Below, piece after piece: positions 37,663 to 47,496 of a DNA stretch of 64,000 nucleotides. How positions within the stretch are numbered: position 1 is the first letter of the stretch; the number at the start of each line of letters is the position of its first letter. A model generated the notes under the pieces. The model searched no databases and was not told the DNA's origin. It worked only from the letters and a program-made list of their open reading frames with translations. The translations under genes were made by a program, and so were the position numbers. Source of the DNA: an uncultured Alistipes sp. (lineage in GTDB: Bacteria; Bacteroidota; Bacteroidia; Bacteroidales; Bacteroidaceae); assembly GCA_963590505.1 (NCBI GenBank), contig CAVAPC010000008.1:32162-96161 (forward strand), read 5' to 3'.

Positions 37663-38789
37663 CAGACACAGAATTTGACGACATCCGTCCTTACTACGAA
37701 AGCGAGATACCTGCCGCTATGCAGCGTATAGCAGCCAGTCGTTCATTTCCTATCCTTGCCTCATATGTTTATCCTGACGAGCCGCTCGATAAGGTGAAAC
37801 TCCGTATAGCATCATATACAACAGTGCGTGACTTCCAGACAGAAACTATGGCACTTGTCAATGAGCGCGTTATCGAAGGCAGTACTGAAGGCTATGAGTG
37901 TGCAGGCTTGGACCGTCTTGTCCCAGGCAAGCCATATCTCTATGTGTCCAATCACCGTGATATAATGCTCGATTCCAGTTTGCTTCAGTATTCATTGGTG
38001 CGGCATGGTTTCGATACCACAGAGATTACCTTCGGCGCTAACCTGATGATGAACGAACTTGTGATAGACATTGGCAAGAGCAACAAAATGTTCCGTGTTG
38101 AGCGGCCCGGCGGTAGTGCAAAAGAGTTCTATCGTAGCTCACGCCATTTGTCTGACTACATTCGCCATGTGTTGTGCGAAAAGAAAAGTTCCGTGTGGAT
38201 AGCCCAACGCAATGGACGCACAAAAGACGGCAACGACCTTACCGATCAGGGCATAATAAAGATGTTTTGCATGAGTCATCCAACCGACAAAATAAGAGCT
38301 ATTTCCGAACTCAATATAGTGCCGGTGAGCATATCATACGAATGGGAGCCTTGCGACGTATTGAAAACGCTGGAACTTTATGAGTCGCAATTTGCACAGT
38401 ATACCAAGAAGCCTGGCGAAGACTTGAACAGCATTCTGACAGGCATAGTGCAGAAGAAAGGACATGTACACATGGAACTGTGTAAGCCGTTGCAACTTGA
38501 GGAACTTGAGGCTTTAGACACGCTCACGAATAACGAATACCACAAGGCGGTAGCGGCGCTTATCGATAAACGGATACACACAGCATACAGACTTTATCCC
38601 AATAACTTCATTGCCCATGATTTGAGATACGGCTCCACGAAGTATTCCGACAGATACACACCGGAACAGAAAGCGGCATTTATGAAGCGAGTTGAACGCC
38701 TTACATATTACGACACGTGCAACATTGATCAGCTTACCGATATATTCCTTGGCATTTACGCCAATCCGGTGAGGAAAGAAAACGCTTGA
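37659..38789 (+). CDS. PlsC-family (1-acyl-sn-glycerol-3-phosphate-type) acyltransferase
   Basis: 376 aa. HX4D motif SNHRDIMLD, followed by FGANLM and AQRNGRTKDG blocks. ATGA overlap with the upstream gene. Confidence 0.65.
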   Translation: MTDTEFDDIRPYYESEIPAAMQRIAASRSFPILASYVYPDEPLDKVKLRIASYTTVRDFQTETMALVNERVIEGSTEGYECAGLDRLVPGKPYLYVSNHRDIMLDSSLLQYSLVRHGFDTTEITFGANLMMNELVIDIGKSNKMFRVERPGGSAKEFYRSSRHLSDYIRHVLCEKKSSVWIAQRNGRTKDGNDLTDQGIIKMFCMSHPTDKIRAISELNIVPVSISYEWEPCDVLKTLELYESQFAQYTKKPGEDLNSILTGIVQKKGHVHMELCKPLQLEELEALDTLTNNEYHKAVAALIDKRIHTAYRLYPNNFIAHDLRYGSTKYSDRYTPEQKAAFMKRVERLTYYDTCNIDQLTDIFLGIYANPVRKENA

Positions 38790-38873
38790 TGTGGCAATGA
38801 CCGCTAGGAAATCGCAGATGTATTATAAAATGATGCAAACCAATTTAATTTCAATCCGAAAGGAAAGCAACAG

Positions 38874-41800
38874 ATGACAGAACTCATTATACGAATATAT
38901 TCACACTTGCGGAAACATCGCTTGCTGGCAACGGCATCGTTCCTGTTAGTCACGTCAGTGCTTGTGTTGTCAGTGATGAGGATGTCTTACAAGGAGGATA
39001 TTGCAGATTTCCTGCCACTTGACGGTAACAGCGGCAAAGCACTAAAAGTTTATCAGAACATTGCGGGAGCTGACAAAATCATCGCTGTTTTCCAGTATCG
39101 TGATACAACGAATGCCGAACCGGACACTATGGTAGCTGCAATTGAAAGCTATATAAGTGGACTGGCACAGCGTGACACCGCGCATCTGATAGCAGGTGTT
39201 ACGGCTCAGGTGGATATGGAAAAAATAACAGGACTTACTGACTTCGTCTATTCAAACATTCCGTATTTCCTTACCGAAGCCGACTACACGCGTATGGACT
39301 CGCTTCTTGCAGATTCTGGCTACATCACGAAACAACTGCAAGCCGACATGCAAATGCTTATGTTTCCATCGGGAGGATTGCTGACCGATAATATCAGCCG
39401 TGACCCGTTAAACTTGTTTACTCCTATTGTAGAGAAACTTCAGCATACAGGCAACGGAATGCGTTATGAGATGTATGACGGATACATATTCTCGCCCGAC
39501 ATGCAGCGTGCTATCGTTATCATTGATTCTCCTTTCGGCGGAAGTGAGACGGAAAACAACTCACGCCTTGTGAAGTTGCTTGAAGATGAGGCAGGCAATA
39601 TGCGAACGGCTCATCCCGCAATTGACGTGCACCTGACGGGCGGGCCTGTGATAGCTGTGGGCAATGCGCAGCGTATAAAGACTGACAGTATATTGTCAGT
39701 AGCTATTGCCGTAACGCTAATTCTATTGCTGCTTTATCTGTCGTTCCGTAGTCTGCGAAATCTGTTGCTTATCGCCGTTTCCATTGCATGGGGATGGCTG
39801 TTTGCCATGGGGTTACTTGCGGTGATACACGACAGTGTTTCTATAATAGTTGTAGGCATATCCTCTGTGATTGTGGGCATAGCGGTGAACTATCCGCTTC
39901 ATTTTATTGCCCATCTCTCGCATACTCCCGACAAACGTAAAGCTCTTCGCGAGATTGTCATGCCGCTTGTGGTTGGTAACGTGACTACAGTGGGCGCATT
40001 TCTGGCATTGGTGCCTCTGCAGTCGGTGGCCATGCGCGATCTCGGATTGTTCAGCTCATTCCTGCTCATAGGCACAATACTCTTTGTTCTGCTTTTCCTT
40101 CCCCACGTAACGAATGTGAAGAAGCATAAGGAAAAACACCTGTTCAGCCGTATTGGCGATGTGTCGTTGGAGAATAAACCTGTTGTTGTGATTATAGTAG
40201 CTGTGCTTACGCTTGTGTTTGGATATTTCAGCTTTGATACGCGCTTTGATACCAACATGAGTCATATCAACTATATGACAGATGAACAAAAGGCTGATAT
40301 GGCTTATTTTCAACATGCCATGACGGAAGCTGGCTCGCTGCCAAAGGTGTATGCACTCTCCAATGCTTCTACCGTGCACGAGGCTCTCGACAGCAGTGCA
40401 ATGCGGCAGCATTTGTTCAGCGAACTGCTCGATTCTGGGCTTGTTGTGAGCCATGCTGGATGCAAACAGTTCCTCTCGTCTGAAGCAGAACAACGTATAA
40501 GGCTAAAGAGATGGAATCGTTTCGTTGCTGAGCATGCCGCACAGCTTAAGTCGCAACTCGCAACGGCAGCGGTTGATGAAGGTTTCACCACAGGGTCGTT
40601 CGATGCGTTCAGTGAAATTATCGACGGCAGTTATAAGCCAAAACCTGTCGGTTGTTTCGGCATATTGACAAAGTCGGCGTTTGCATCAAACGTGAGCGCT
40701 GGCGATGATGGCACTTGCTCTGTTGTGGACATTCTGACAGTGAAACCTGAGAATGTGAAAAGGGTAGAGCAATGGCTTGAGGAACACGGTTGCTACAGTT
40801 TCGATGTGGAAAGCATGAACAGTGCTCTTGCCGACAATCTGTCTGACGACTTCAACTATATTGGCTGGGCATGTGGTTGCATAGTGTTCTTTTTCCTGTG
40901 GCTCTCGCTTGGCAGTATAGAGCTTGCTATACTTTCGTTCGTTCCTATGGCGGTGAGTTGGTTGTGGATACTGGGAATAATGGCGTTGTGCGGAATACAG
41001 TTCAACATTGTTAACGTGATTCTTGCCACGTTCATCTTCGGACAAGGTGACGACTATACTATATTTATGACAGAAGGAGCCAGTTACGAATACGCTTACC
41101 GGCGCAAGATGCTGGCGTCATACAAAAATTCCATCATTATCTCTGCTTTAATCATGTTCATTGGCATAGGAACGCTTATTGTTGCGCGTCATCCGGCTCT
41201 GCGCTCGCTTGCCGAAGTAACTATTGCAGGTATGTTCTCCGTGGTGCTTATGGCTTATCTGTTCCCGCCGCTGATATTCAATTTCCTTGTGCGTTCTTCT
41301 GGCGTATACAGGCTTCGCCCTGTAAGCCTCGTGCCTTTGTTGCGTATGGTTTACTCCGCCACGATATTCTTCGTTCAGCTTGCCACGGTGTACGTTTTGG
41401 GAATATTCCTTTTTGAAATTACAGGGAAGACAGAACGAAAGACGCTCTTATTCCGCCGTTATGTGCGCCGCCTTTACTCATGGGATCTCAATCATATTCC
41501 TGGTGTGAAGCTTTCTGTCAACAATCCGTATGGCGACAGAGCTTTCGATAGCCCAGCAGTTGTAGTGTGCAACCATCAGTCGATGCTTGATGCAGCAGTA
41601 TTTATGATGCTCAGCGACAAAACTGTACTTGTGGCAAACAACAATCCAAGTTCCAGCCGTATCGTAGGGACAGTGTTCAAATGGATGGACTTCGTGAATA
41701 TATCGCAGGAGGATATTACTGATATCACTCGTTTTGAACGGCTCGTTGACAAGGGCTACAGCATTGTGATGTTCCCGGAAGGGGCACGTAGCGACTATTC

Positions 41801-42377
41801 GTCTGTAACTCGTTTCCACAAGGGAGCGTTCTATCTTGCAGAGAAACTTGGATTGGACGTGCTGCCCGTTGTTATTCATGGCTTCAATCATGTGGTTCCC
41901 CGCAATAGTGTGTGTGTCTACAAAGGGTGCGCGACCATTGATGTAGGAGAACGTGTAACATGTGAAATGCAGAAAGAATGGGGAGGATATGCCGAGACAA
42001 CACGCCGCATTCATGCTTATTATGTGGCGAATTACCGGCGTATTGCCGACCGTGTTGAGACAGCCGGCTATTGCGCCGAACTGGTGAAAGACCGTTATCG
42101 CTACAAGGGAGTAGACATTTTCAATACGGTGAAAAACAACCTTAAACGCAATTCAAACTATGCGGCTGATGTAGAGACGGCTCGCGGATTGGACGAAATA
42201 AAACTGGTTAATTCTGGTTATGGTGAGAAAGCTCTGCTTATGGCTCTCGCCTTGCCGCAGACAAGATTTGTTGTAGTGGAGAAAGATGCGGAGGTGGCAG
42301 ATGTCCTGCGTTACAGCGCAGAAGGAATTGCTTCAAACCTGAAAGTAGTTTTACAGAAAAGTGAACAGACTGACTAA
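38874..42377 (+). CDS. MMPL/RND-type exporter fused to a PlsC-type acyltransferase and a short methyltransferase-like tail (ApeM-like core)
   Basis: 1167 aa. Two clusters of TM helices (about residues 270-420 and 650-800) are separated by soluble domains, as in MMPL/RND exporters. PlsC motifs follow: VVCNHQSMLD (about residue 899) and MFPEGARSD (about residue 966). Rossmann-like motif KLVNSGYGE and then FVVVEKD sit near the C-terminus. Confidence 0.8.
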   Translation: MTELIIRIYSHLRKHRLLATASFLLVTSVLVLSVMRMSYKEDIADFLPLDGNSGKALKVYQNIAGADKIIAVFQYRDTTNAEPDTMVAAIESYISGLAQRDTAHLIAGVTAQVDMEKITGLTDFVYSNIPYFLTEADYTRMDSLLADSGYITKQLQADMQMLMFPSGGLLTDNISRDPLNLFTPIVEKLQHTGNGMRYEMYDGYIFSPDMQRAIVIIDSPFGGSETENNSRLVKLLEDEAGNMRTAHPAIDVHLTGGPVIAVGNAQRIKTDSILSVAIAVTLILLLLYLSFRSLRNLLLIAVSIAWGWLFAMGLLAVIHDSVSIIVVGISSVIVGIAVNYPLHFIAHLSHTPDKRKALREIVMPLVVGNVTTVGAFLALVPLQSVAMRDLGLFSSFLLIGTILFVLLFLPHVTNVKKHKEKHLFSRIGDVSLENKPVVVIIVAVLTLVFGYFSFDTRFDTNMSHINYMTDEQKADMAYFQHAMTEAGSLPKVYALSNASTVHEALDSSAMRQHLFSELLDSGLVVSHAGCKQFLSSEAEQRIRLKRWNRFVAEHAAQLKSQLATAAVDEGFTTGSFDAFSEIIDGSYKPKPVGCFGILTKSAFASNVSAGDDGTCSVVDILTVKPENVKRVEQWLEEHGCYSFDVESMNSALADNLSDDFNYIGWACGCIVFFFLWLSLGSIELAILSFVPMAVSWLWILGIMALCGIQFNIVNVILATFIFGQGDDYTIFMTEGASYEYAYRRKMLASYKNSIIISALIMFIGIGTLIVARHPALRSLAEVTIAGMFSVVLMAYLFPPLIFNFLVRSSGVYRLRPVSLVPLLRMVYSATIFFVQLATVYVLGIFLFEITGKTERKTLLFRRYVRRLYSWDLNHIPGVKLSVNNPYGDRAFDSPAVVVCNHQSMLDAAVFMMLSDKTVLVANNNPSSSRIVGTVFKWMDFVNISQEDITDITRFERLVDKGYSIVMFPEGARSDYSSVTRFHKGAFYLAEKLGLDVLPVVIHGFNHVVPRNSVCVYKGCATIDVGERVTCEMQKEWGGYAETTRRIHAYYVANYRRIADRVETAGYCAELVKDRYRYKGVDIFNTVKNNLKRNSNYAADVETARGLDEIKLVNSGYGEKALLMALALPQTRFVVVEKDAEVADVLRYSAEGIASNLKVVLQKSEQTD

Positions 42378-42407
42378 ATCAACAACAATATTCTGTAGGA
42401 GAAATAA

Positions 42408-43733
<1,326 letters not shown>

Positions 43734-43809
43734 CCTTTCGAAACAAAGTTATTGAAGCTTGCAACCGCTGACGTTTGAACTACGATTGAAAATCATTAAA
43801 ACACCGATT

Positions 43810-44037
43810 ATGAAAGAAAGAATAAGACAAATACTGGACGAGGCACTGCCGCTGGTTAACCTTGACTCCGATTTCCTTTTCAACGAACTTGATTCGCTTG
43901 GCATTACAACCATACTCATGCTCCTTTCTGAGGAGTATGGCGTGCAGCTTGAATCGTCTGACGTGACACCGCGCAATTTCCGTTCGCTCGAGTCACTCGC
44001 AGCAATGGTGAAGAAGAAGTTGGACGATAAAGCATAA
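43810..44037 (+). CDS. carrier protein (ACP / aryl-carrier-like) paired with the adenylating enzyme
   Basis: About 75 aa from MKERIRQ (the ORF is open from 43759). Phosphopantetheine-type motif FNELDSLGITTILML. Confidence 0.7.
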   Translation: MKERIRQILDEALPLVNLDSDFLFNELDSLGITTILMLLSEEYGVQLESSDVTPRNFRSLESLAAMVKKKLDDKA

Positions 44038-44041
44038 TATA

Positions 44042-45376
44042 GTGACGATGCTTACGCTTGAGGATTATCTTGAGAAAAATGCCCGTGAAATACCGGATAA
44101 ACTTGCTGTAATAAGTGGTTCGCAGAGGTTGACTTACAGCCAGCTCTACTTGAAAGCAGCAGAGCGCGCCGCACGAATTTGTATAAAAGAAAGGATTGTG
44201 CCGTTCCGTGCTACTCAGGATGCGGAGTTTCTTGTTGAATATTTTGCCTTGCACATGGCAGACAAAGTGGCAATGCCCTTGGAAAGGGATATACCCGACT
44301 GCCTTTTCGACAAGTGTGTGCGGATGGCAGAAGAAAATGAAGTGGCAGATGGTGCGGCCGACGTACTCTTCACAACGGGAACTACCGGCAGTTCGAAAGG
44401 TGTCGTGGTAAGTAAGGAAACCATCATCGCTAATGCAGAAAATCTTATAGAGGCACAGGGGTACGACAGAACTCTAACATTCATAATATGTGGGCCGCTG
44501 AATCACATAGGCTCTTTGTCTAAAGTTTATCCGACAATTGTTGTGGGTGGGACTATTCATATCCTTGAAGGGATGAAGCGTATGGACGATTTTTTCCTTG
44601 CCGCAGAATTGGCAGAAGGCAAGGTGGCAACTTTCCTTGTGCCTGCGAGCATACGAATGATGCTGGCTTTCGGTTCAGAAAGGTTGGCGGCGTTGGCGGG
44701 GAAGATTGCTTTTGTTGAAACTGGAGCAGCACCGATTGCCGTTGCCGATATGCGGCGCTTGTGTGAAGTTTTGCCAAAGAGCAGGCTTTTCAATACATAT
44801 GCCTCAACAGAGACAGGAATAATTGCTACATACGATTACAAGGCAGGCGGATGTATTGCAGGTTGCCTGGGACGTCCAATGCGCCATTCTTCTGTCGTAA
44901 TAACAGCCGAGGGCTACGTGGCATGCAAGGGACGTACGCTAATGATGGGTTATTTGGGAGATGAAAAACAGACGGCGCAAGTGTTGCGTGGCGGCATGCT
45001 TGTGACTTCAGATATAGGGCATATGGACGCAGAGGGAAGACTTATACTTGAAGGACGCAGCAACGACGTGATTAACGTGGGCGGATATAAGGTTGTCCCT
45101 ACAGAGGTGGAGAATGTTGCTATGGCGTTGCCGCAGGTTGCCGACTGCTTGTGTGTTCCTGCTAATCATGCTGTGTTGGGTACAGTTCTGAAGCTTGTTG
45201 TCGTACCGGCAGAGAATTGTGAATTCGACAGGCGCGTTATTGCGCAATCGTTGAAAGCCTCGCTTGAAACTTACAAAGTGCCGATGCTTTATGAGCAGGT
45301 AACGGAAATACGCCGTACGTTCAACGGAAAGCCTGACAGGAAAAGTTATCTTCCTTCAGTTACATCTTGGATGTGA
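44042..45376 (+). CDS. AMP-dependent synthetase/ligase (adenylate-forming enzyme, ApeH-like starter activation)
   Basis: 444 aa. AMP-binding P-loop LFTTGTTGSSKGVV, YASTETG, TSDIG, GGYKV and a C-terminal NGKPDRK lysine motif. Start is GTG at 44042 or ATG at 44048. Confidence 0.85.
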   Translation: MTMLTLEDYLEKNAREIPDKLAVISGSQRLTYSQLYLKAAERAARICIKERIVPFRATQDAEFLVEYFALHMADKVAMPLERDIPDCLFDKCVRMAEENEVADGAADVLFTTGTTGSSKGVVVSKETIIANAENLIEAQGYDRTLTFIICGPLNHIGSLSKVYPTIVVGGTIHILEGMKRMDDFFLAAELAEGKVATFLVPASIRMMLAFGSERLAALAGKIAFVETGAAPIAVADMRRLCEVLPKSRLFNTYASTETGIIATYDYKAGGCIAGCLGRPMRHSSVVITAEGYVACKGRTLMMGYLGDEKQTAQVLRGGMLVTSDIGHMDAEGRLILEGRSNDVINVGGYKVVPTEVENVAMALPQVADCLCVPANHAVLGTVLKLVVVPAENCEFDRRVIAQSLKASLETYKVPMLYEQVTEIRRTFNGKPDRKSYLPSVTSWM

Positions 45377-45467
45377 CCGTTTCTCAATGCTTCTGTAATC
45401 TCCTTGCATTCAAGTCCTGCGTTGCTAACGGTGTTGCGCCAGGATTTCATTCATTCAAAATAAGAAA

Positions 45468-45518
45468 CCGGAAGTTCCGATAGTGGATGCTTTACCACTG
45501 CTTTTGCGGAACTTCCGG
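45468..45518. terminator. bidirectional terminator between convergent genes
   Basis: CCGGAAGTTCCG (45468-45479) / CGGAACTTCCGG (45507-45518), a perfect 12-bp stem extended by GAAA / TTTC and flanked by T/A runs. It lies between the CDS ends at 45376 (+) and 45553 (-). Confidence 0.7.
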
Positions 45519-45552
45519 CTTTCTTTTATAATGTAGATGAATGAAGAAAACG

Positions 45553-47298
45553 TTACATCAGACTTGTCTTTCCTTCAAGGGTATCGTGGTTGTTCTTCAG
45601 GTCAGTCCAGTCAACCTTTTCTTTTGTACTGATGCCGTTGATGTATTTCTCAATGTTTGTATATCCGTCTCCGTTGCAGTCTTTCACTGCGTCGCTTGGA
45701 TCATTTGGATTCAAACCGTTCGCAATTTCCCATTCGTCAGGCATTCCGTCACCGTCGGAGTCCTTCCATGTTTTGTATTTCTTGTATTTTGGATAACCGC
45801 CCATTTGCGCAATGTCGGTAATGATGCCGTATTTGTATGAGTCGTTGTCCAGTCGGCGATATTTGAAAGTGCCGTCTTCCTTCTGTGATACGGGTGCGAG
45901 TCCCCAAAGGTTTCCGTACGGGTTCTTCTTGGGAAGTTTCTTCTCATAGTAAGCCTGTCCGGTACGTACTTCTTCAACGATGCGCTGATCAACTATGTCG
46001 CGGCAAGGAATTGTCGCACCAACATTGTCGAGCACCTTGTCGAAGGTCTGTTCAGAAGGAATAATCGTCATGTGAGGCATTTCGAAAGGCTCGTCGCTTC
46101 TCATCAGCGCTTTCACGTCAGCAGGTATTCCGTTTGGCAGGTCTTTGTCGGCTACTTGTATGCCGCCGTCCCAGTTGTCTTTGGTCACGCGCTCGTTGCC
46201 CTCTACAATGTTTCCAACGGCATACACACGTCCGTATTGCGGATAATCGAAGAGTTTGTTGCTGCGACTTTCTGTTTTTACGATGCGATAGCGTATTGGC
46301 GAATTGGGCGTGAGAGGCCCTGGCTTGTAATAGTTGTTGATGAAGTTGCTCATTGTTGAGTATTCTCCACCGTCGGCAGTGCGGTGAACCCAGTTGTAGA
46401 TGATGTTGTTGACGAAGTTGAAAACTCCGCCCCAGCCAATCGACGGATTTCGACCAGTGTTGTCTGCCCACAGATTACGCATGAAAGATGCGTTTTCTCC
46501 CCCTATTGTGCTTCCGAATGCATGGTTGTAGGTGTCAAGAGCCTTTGCTGAAATTGTATTCTGAATGGTTACGTTGACAGTAGCCACTTTGCGCTTTGCT
46601 TTTCCGTCGTGCAAATCGAACATGTGTCGGTAGAAAGAAATGTTCTCGTCCAGTCCCCATTCGCATGAACAGTGGTCAATCATTATGTTTCCAATGGGGT
46701 TTCCTCCGAAAGAATCTTCACGATACCATACGTTTGTGTTGCCACGGCGGAAACGCATGTGGCGTACGATGACATCGTGCGTGTCAACCTGAAACGATTC
46801 ACCTGTAATCATCACTCCGTCGCCTGGAGCTGTTTGTCCGGCAATTGTCACGTATGGAGCGCGCAAAATGATTGGAGTTTTCAGCGTTATTATACCCGAA
46901 ACGTTGAAAACTATGATGCGTGCACCTCCTTGTTCACACGCCCAGCGGAAAGAGCCTTCTCCGCTGTCGTTGAGGTTCGTAACGGTTAAAACCTTGCCTC
47001 CGCGTCCGCCGAATGTGTACATTCCGCCACCTTCTGCACCTGGAAATGCAGGTATCTTGGCTTGTCTTAGATCATAAGGACGTGAAGCCCAAGGCACGTA
47101 TGGGCGTCCTTTCATTGCTTCCTCCTTTACTATAGGAAAAGCCACGGCCCAGGCTGAATCGCTGTGTGCCGACCAAGCGGCTGACAGGGAGTCTATCTTG
47201 GCTTTTGCTTCTTTTGTAATCTGCGGATACTGTGCGTAAGCCGCTTGGGTGCCGACTGCAATTGTCAGCGCTGCCAATAATAAAGTCTTGTTGTTCAT
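45553..47298 (-). CDS. secreted pectate lyase (PL1-like beta-helix) with C-terminal Ca-binding TSP3-like repeats
   Basis: 581 aa with a signal peptide. PL1-like blocks VIVRHMRFRRG, IMIDHCSCEWGLDE (xWxDH-type) and NTGRNPSIG. The tail is DSDGDGMPDEWEIANGLNPNDPSDAVKDCNGDGYTNIEKY (nt 45643-45762). Confidence 0.75.
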   Translation of the reverse strand: MNNKTLLLAALTIAVGTQAAYAQYPQITKEAKAKIDSLSAAWSAHSDSAWAVAFPIVKEEAMKGRPYVPWASRPYDLRQAKIPAFPGAEGGGMYTFGGRGGKVLTVTNLNDSGEGSFRWACEQGGARIIVFNVSGIITLKTPIILRAPYVTIAGQTAPGDGVMITGESFQVDTHDVIVRHMRFRRGNTNVWYREDSFGGNPIGNIMIDHCSCEWGLDENISFYRHMFDLHDGKAKRKVATVNVTIQNTISAKALDTYNHAFGSTIGGENASFMRNLWADNTGRNPSIGWGGVFNFVNNIIYNWVHRTADGGEYSTMSNFINNYYKPGPLTPNSPIRYRIVKTESRSNKLFDYPQYGRVYAVGNIVEGNERVTKDNWDGGIQVADKDLPNGIPADVKALMRSDEPFEMPHMTIIPSEQTFDKVLDNVGATIPCRDIVDQRIVEEVRTGQAYYEKKLPKKNPYGNLWGLAPVSQKEDGTFKYRRLDNDSYKYGIITDIAQMGGYPKYKKYKTWKDSDGDGMPDEWEIANGLNPNDPSDAVKDCNGDGYTNIEKYINGISTKEKVDWTDLKNNHDTLEGKTSLM

Positions 47299-47416
47299 GC
47301 TTATTGTTTTGTTGAAAAATCTTTATTCTCTTTACCTTTTTATATATGTATTACATAATTTGCAGTTGCTGCATTATATATAATAACGTGCCAAAAGTTG
47401 CTTTGTACCCACATAA

Positions 47417-47451
47417 AATCCCTCCCATAGTGTTCAGGTATGAGAGGGATT
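47417..47451 (-). terminator. stem-loop downstream of the T9SS cargo gene
   Basis: AATCCCTC (47417-47424) / GAGGGATT (47444-47451), an 8-bp perfect stem. The minus-strand trailing T-tract is weak (TTTATGT). Confidence 0.4.
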
Positions 47452-47496
47452 GTGTCTTTTTTTCATTTCTCCTTGTATGGGAGTGAGGCTTTGGGG

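Noticed and set aside
45643-45762. Dockerin (cellulosome-type) interpretation of the DxDxDG repeats in the pectate lyase tail
   Set aside because: The repeat context (DSDGDGMPDEWE...NGLNPNDPSD) matches thrombospondin type 3-like Ca-binding linkers that are common in secreted bacterial enzymes. It does not match the paired 22-residue dockerin helices, and no cohesin-like partner is seen.
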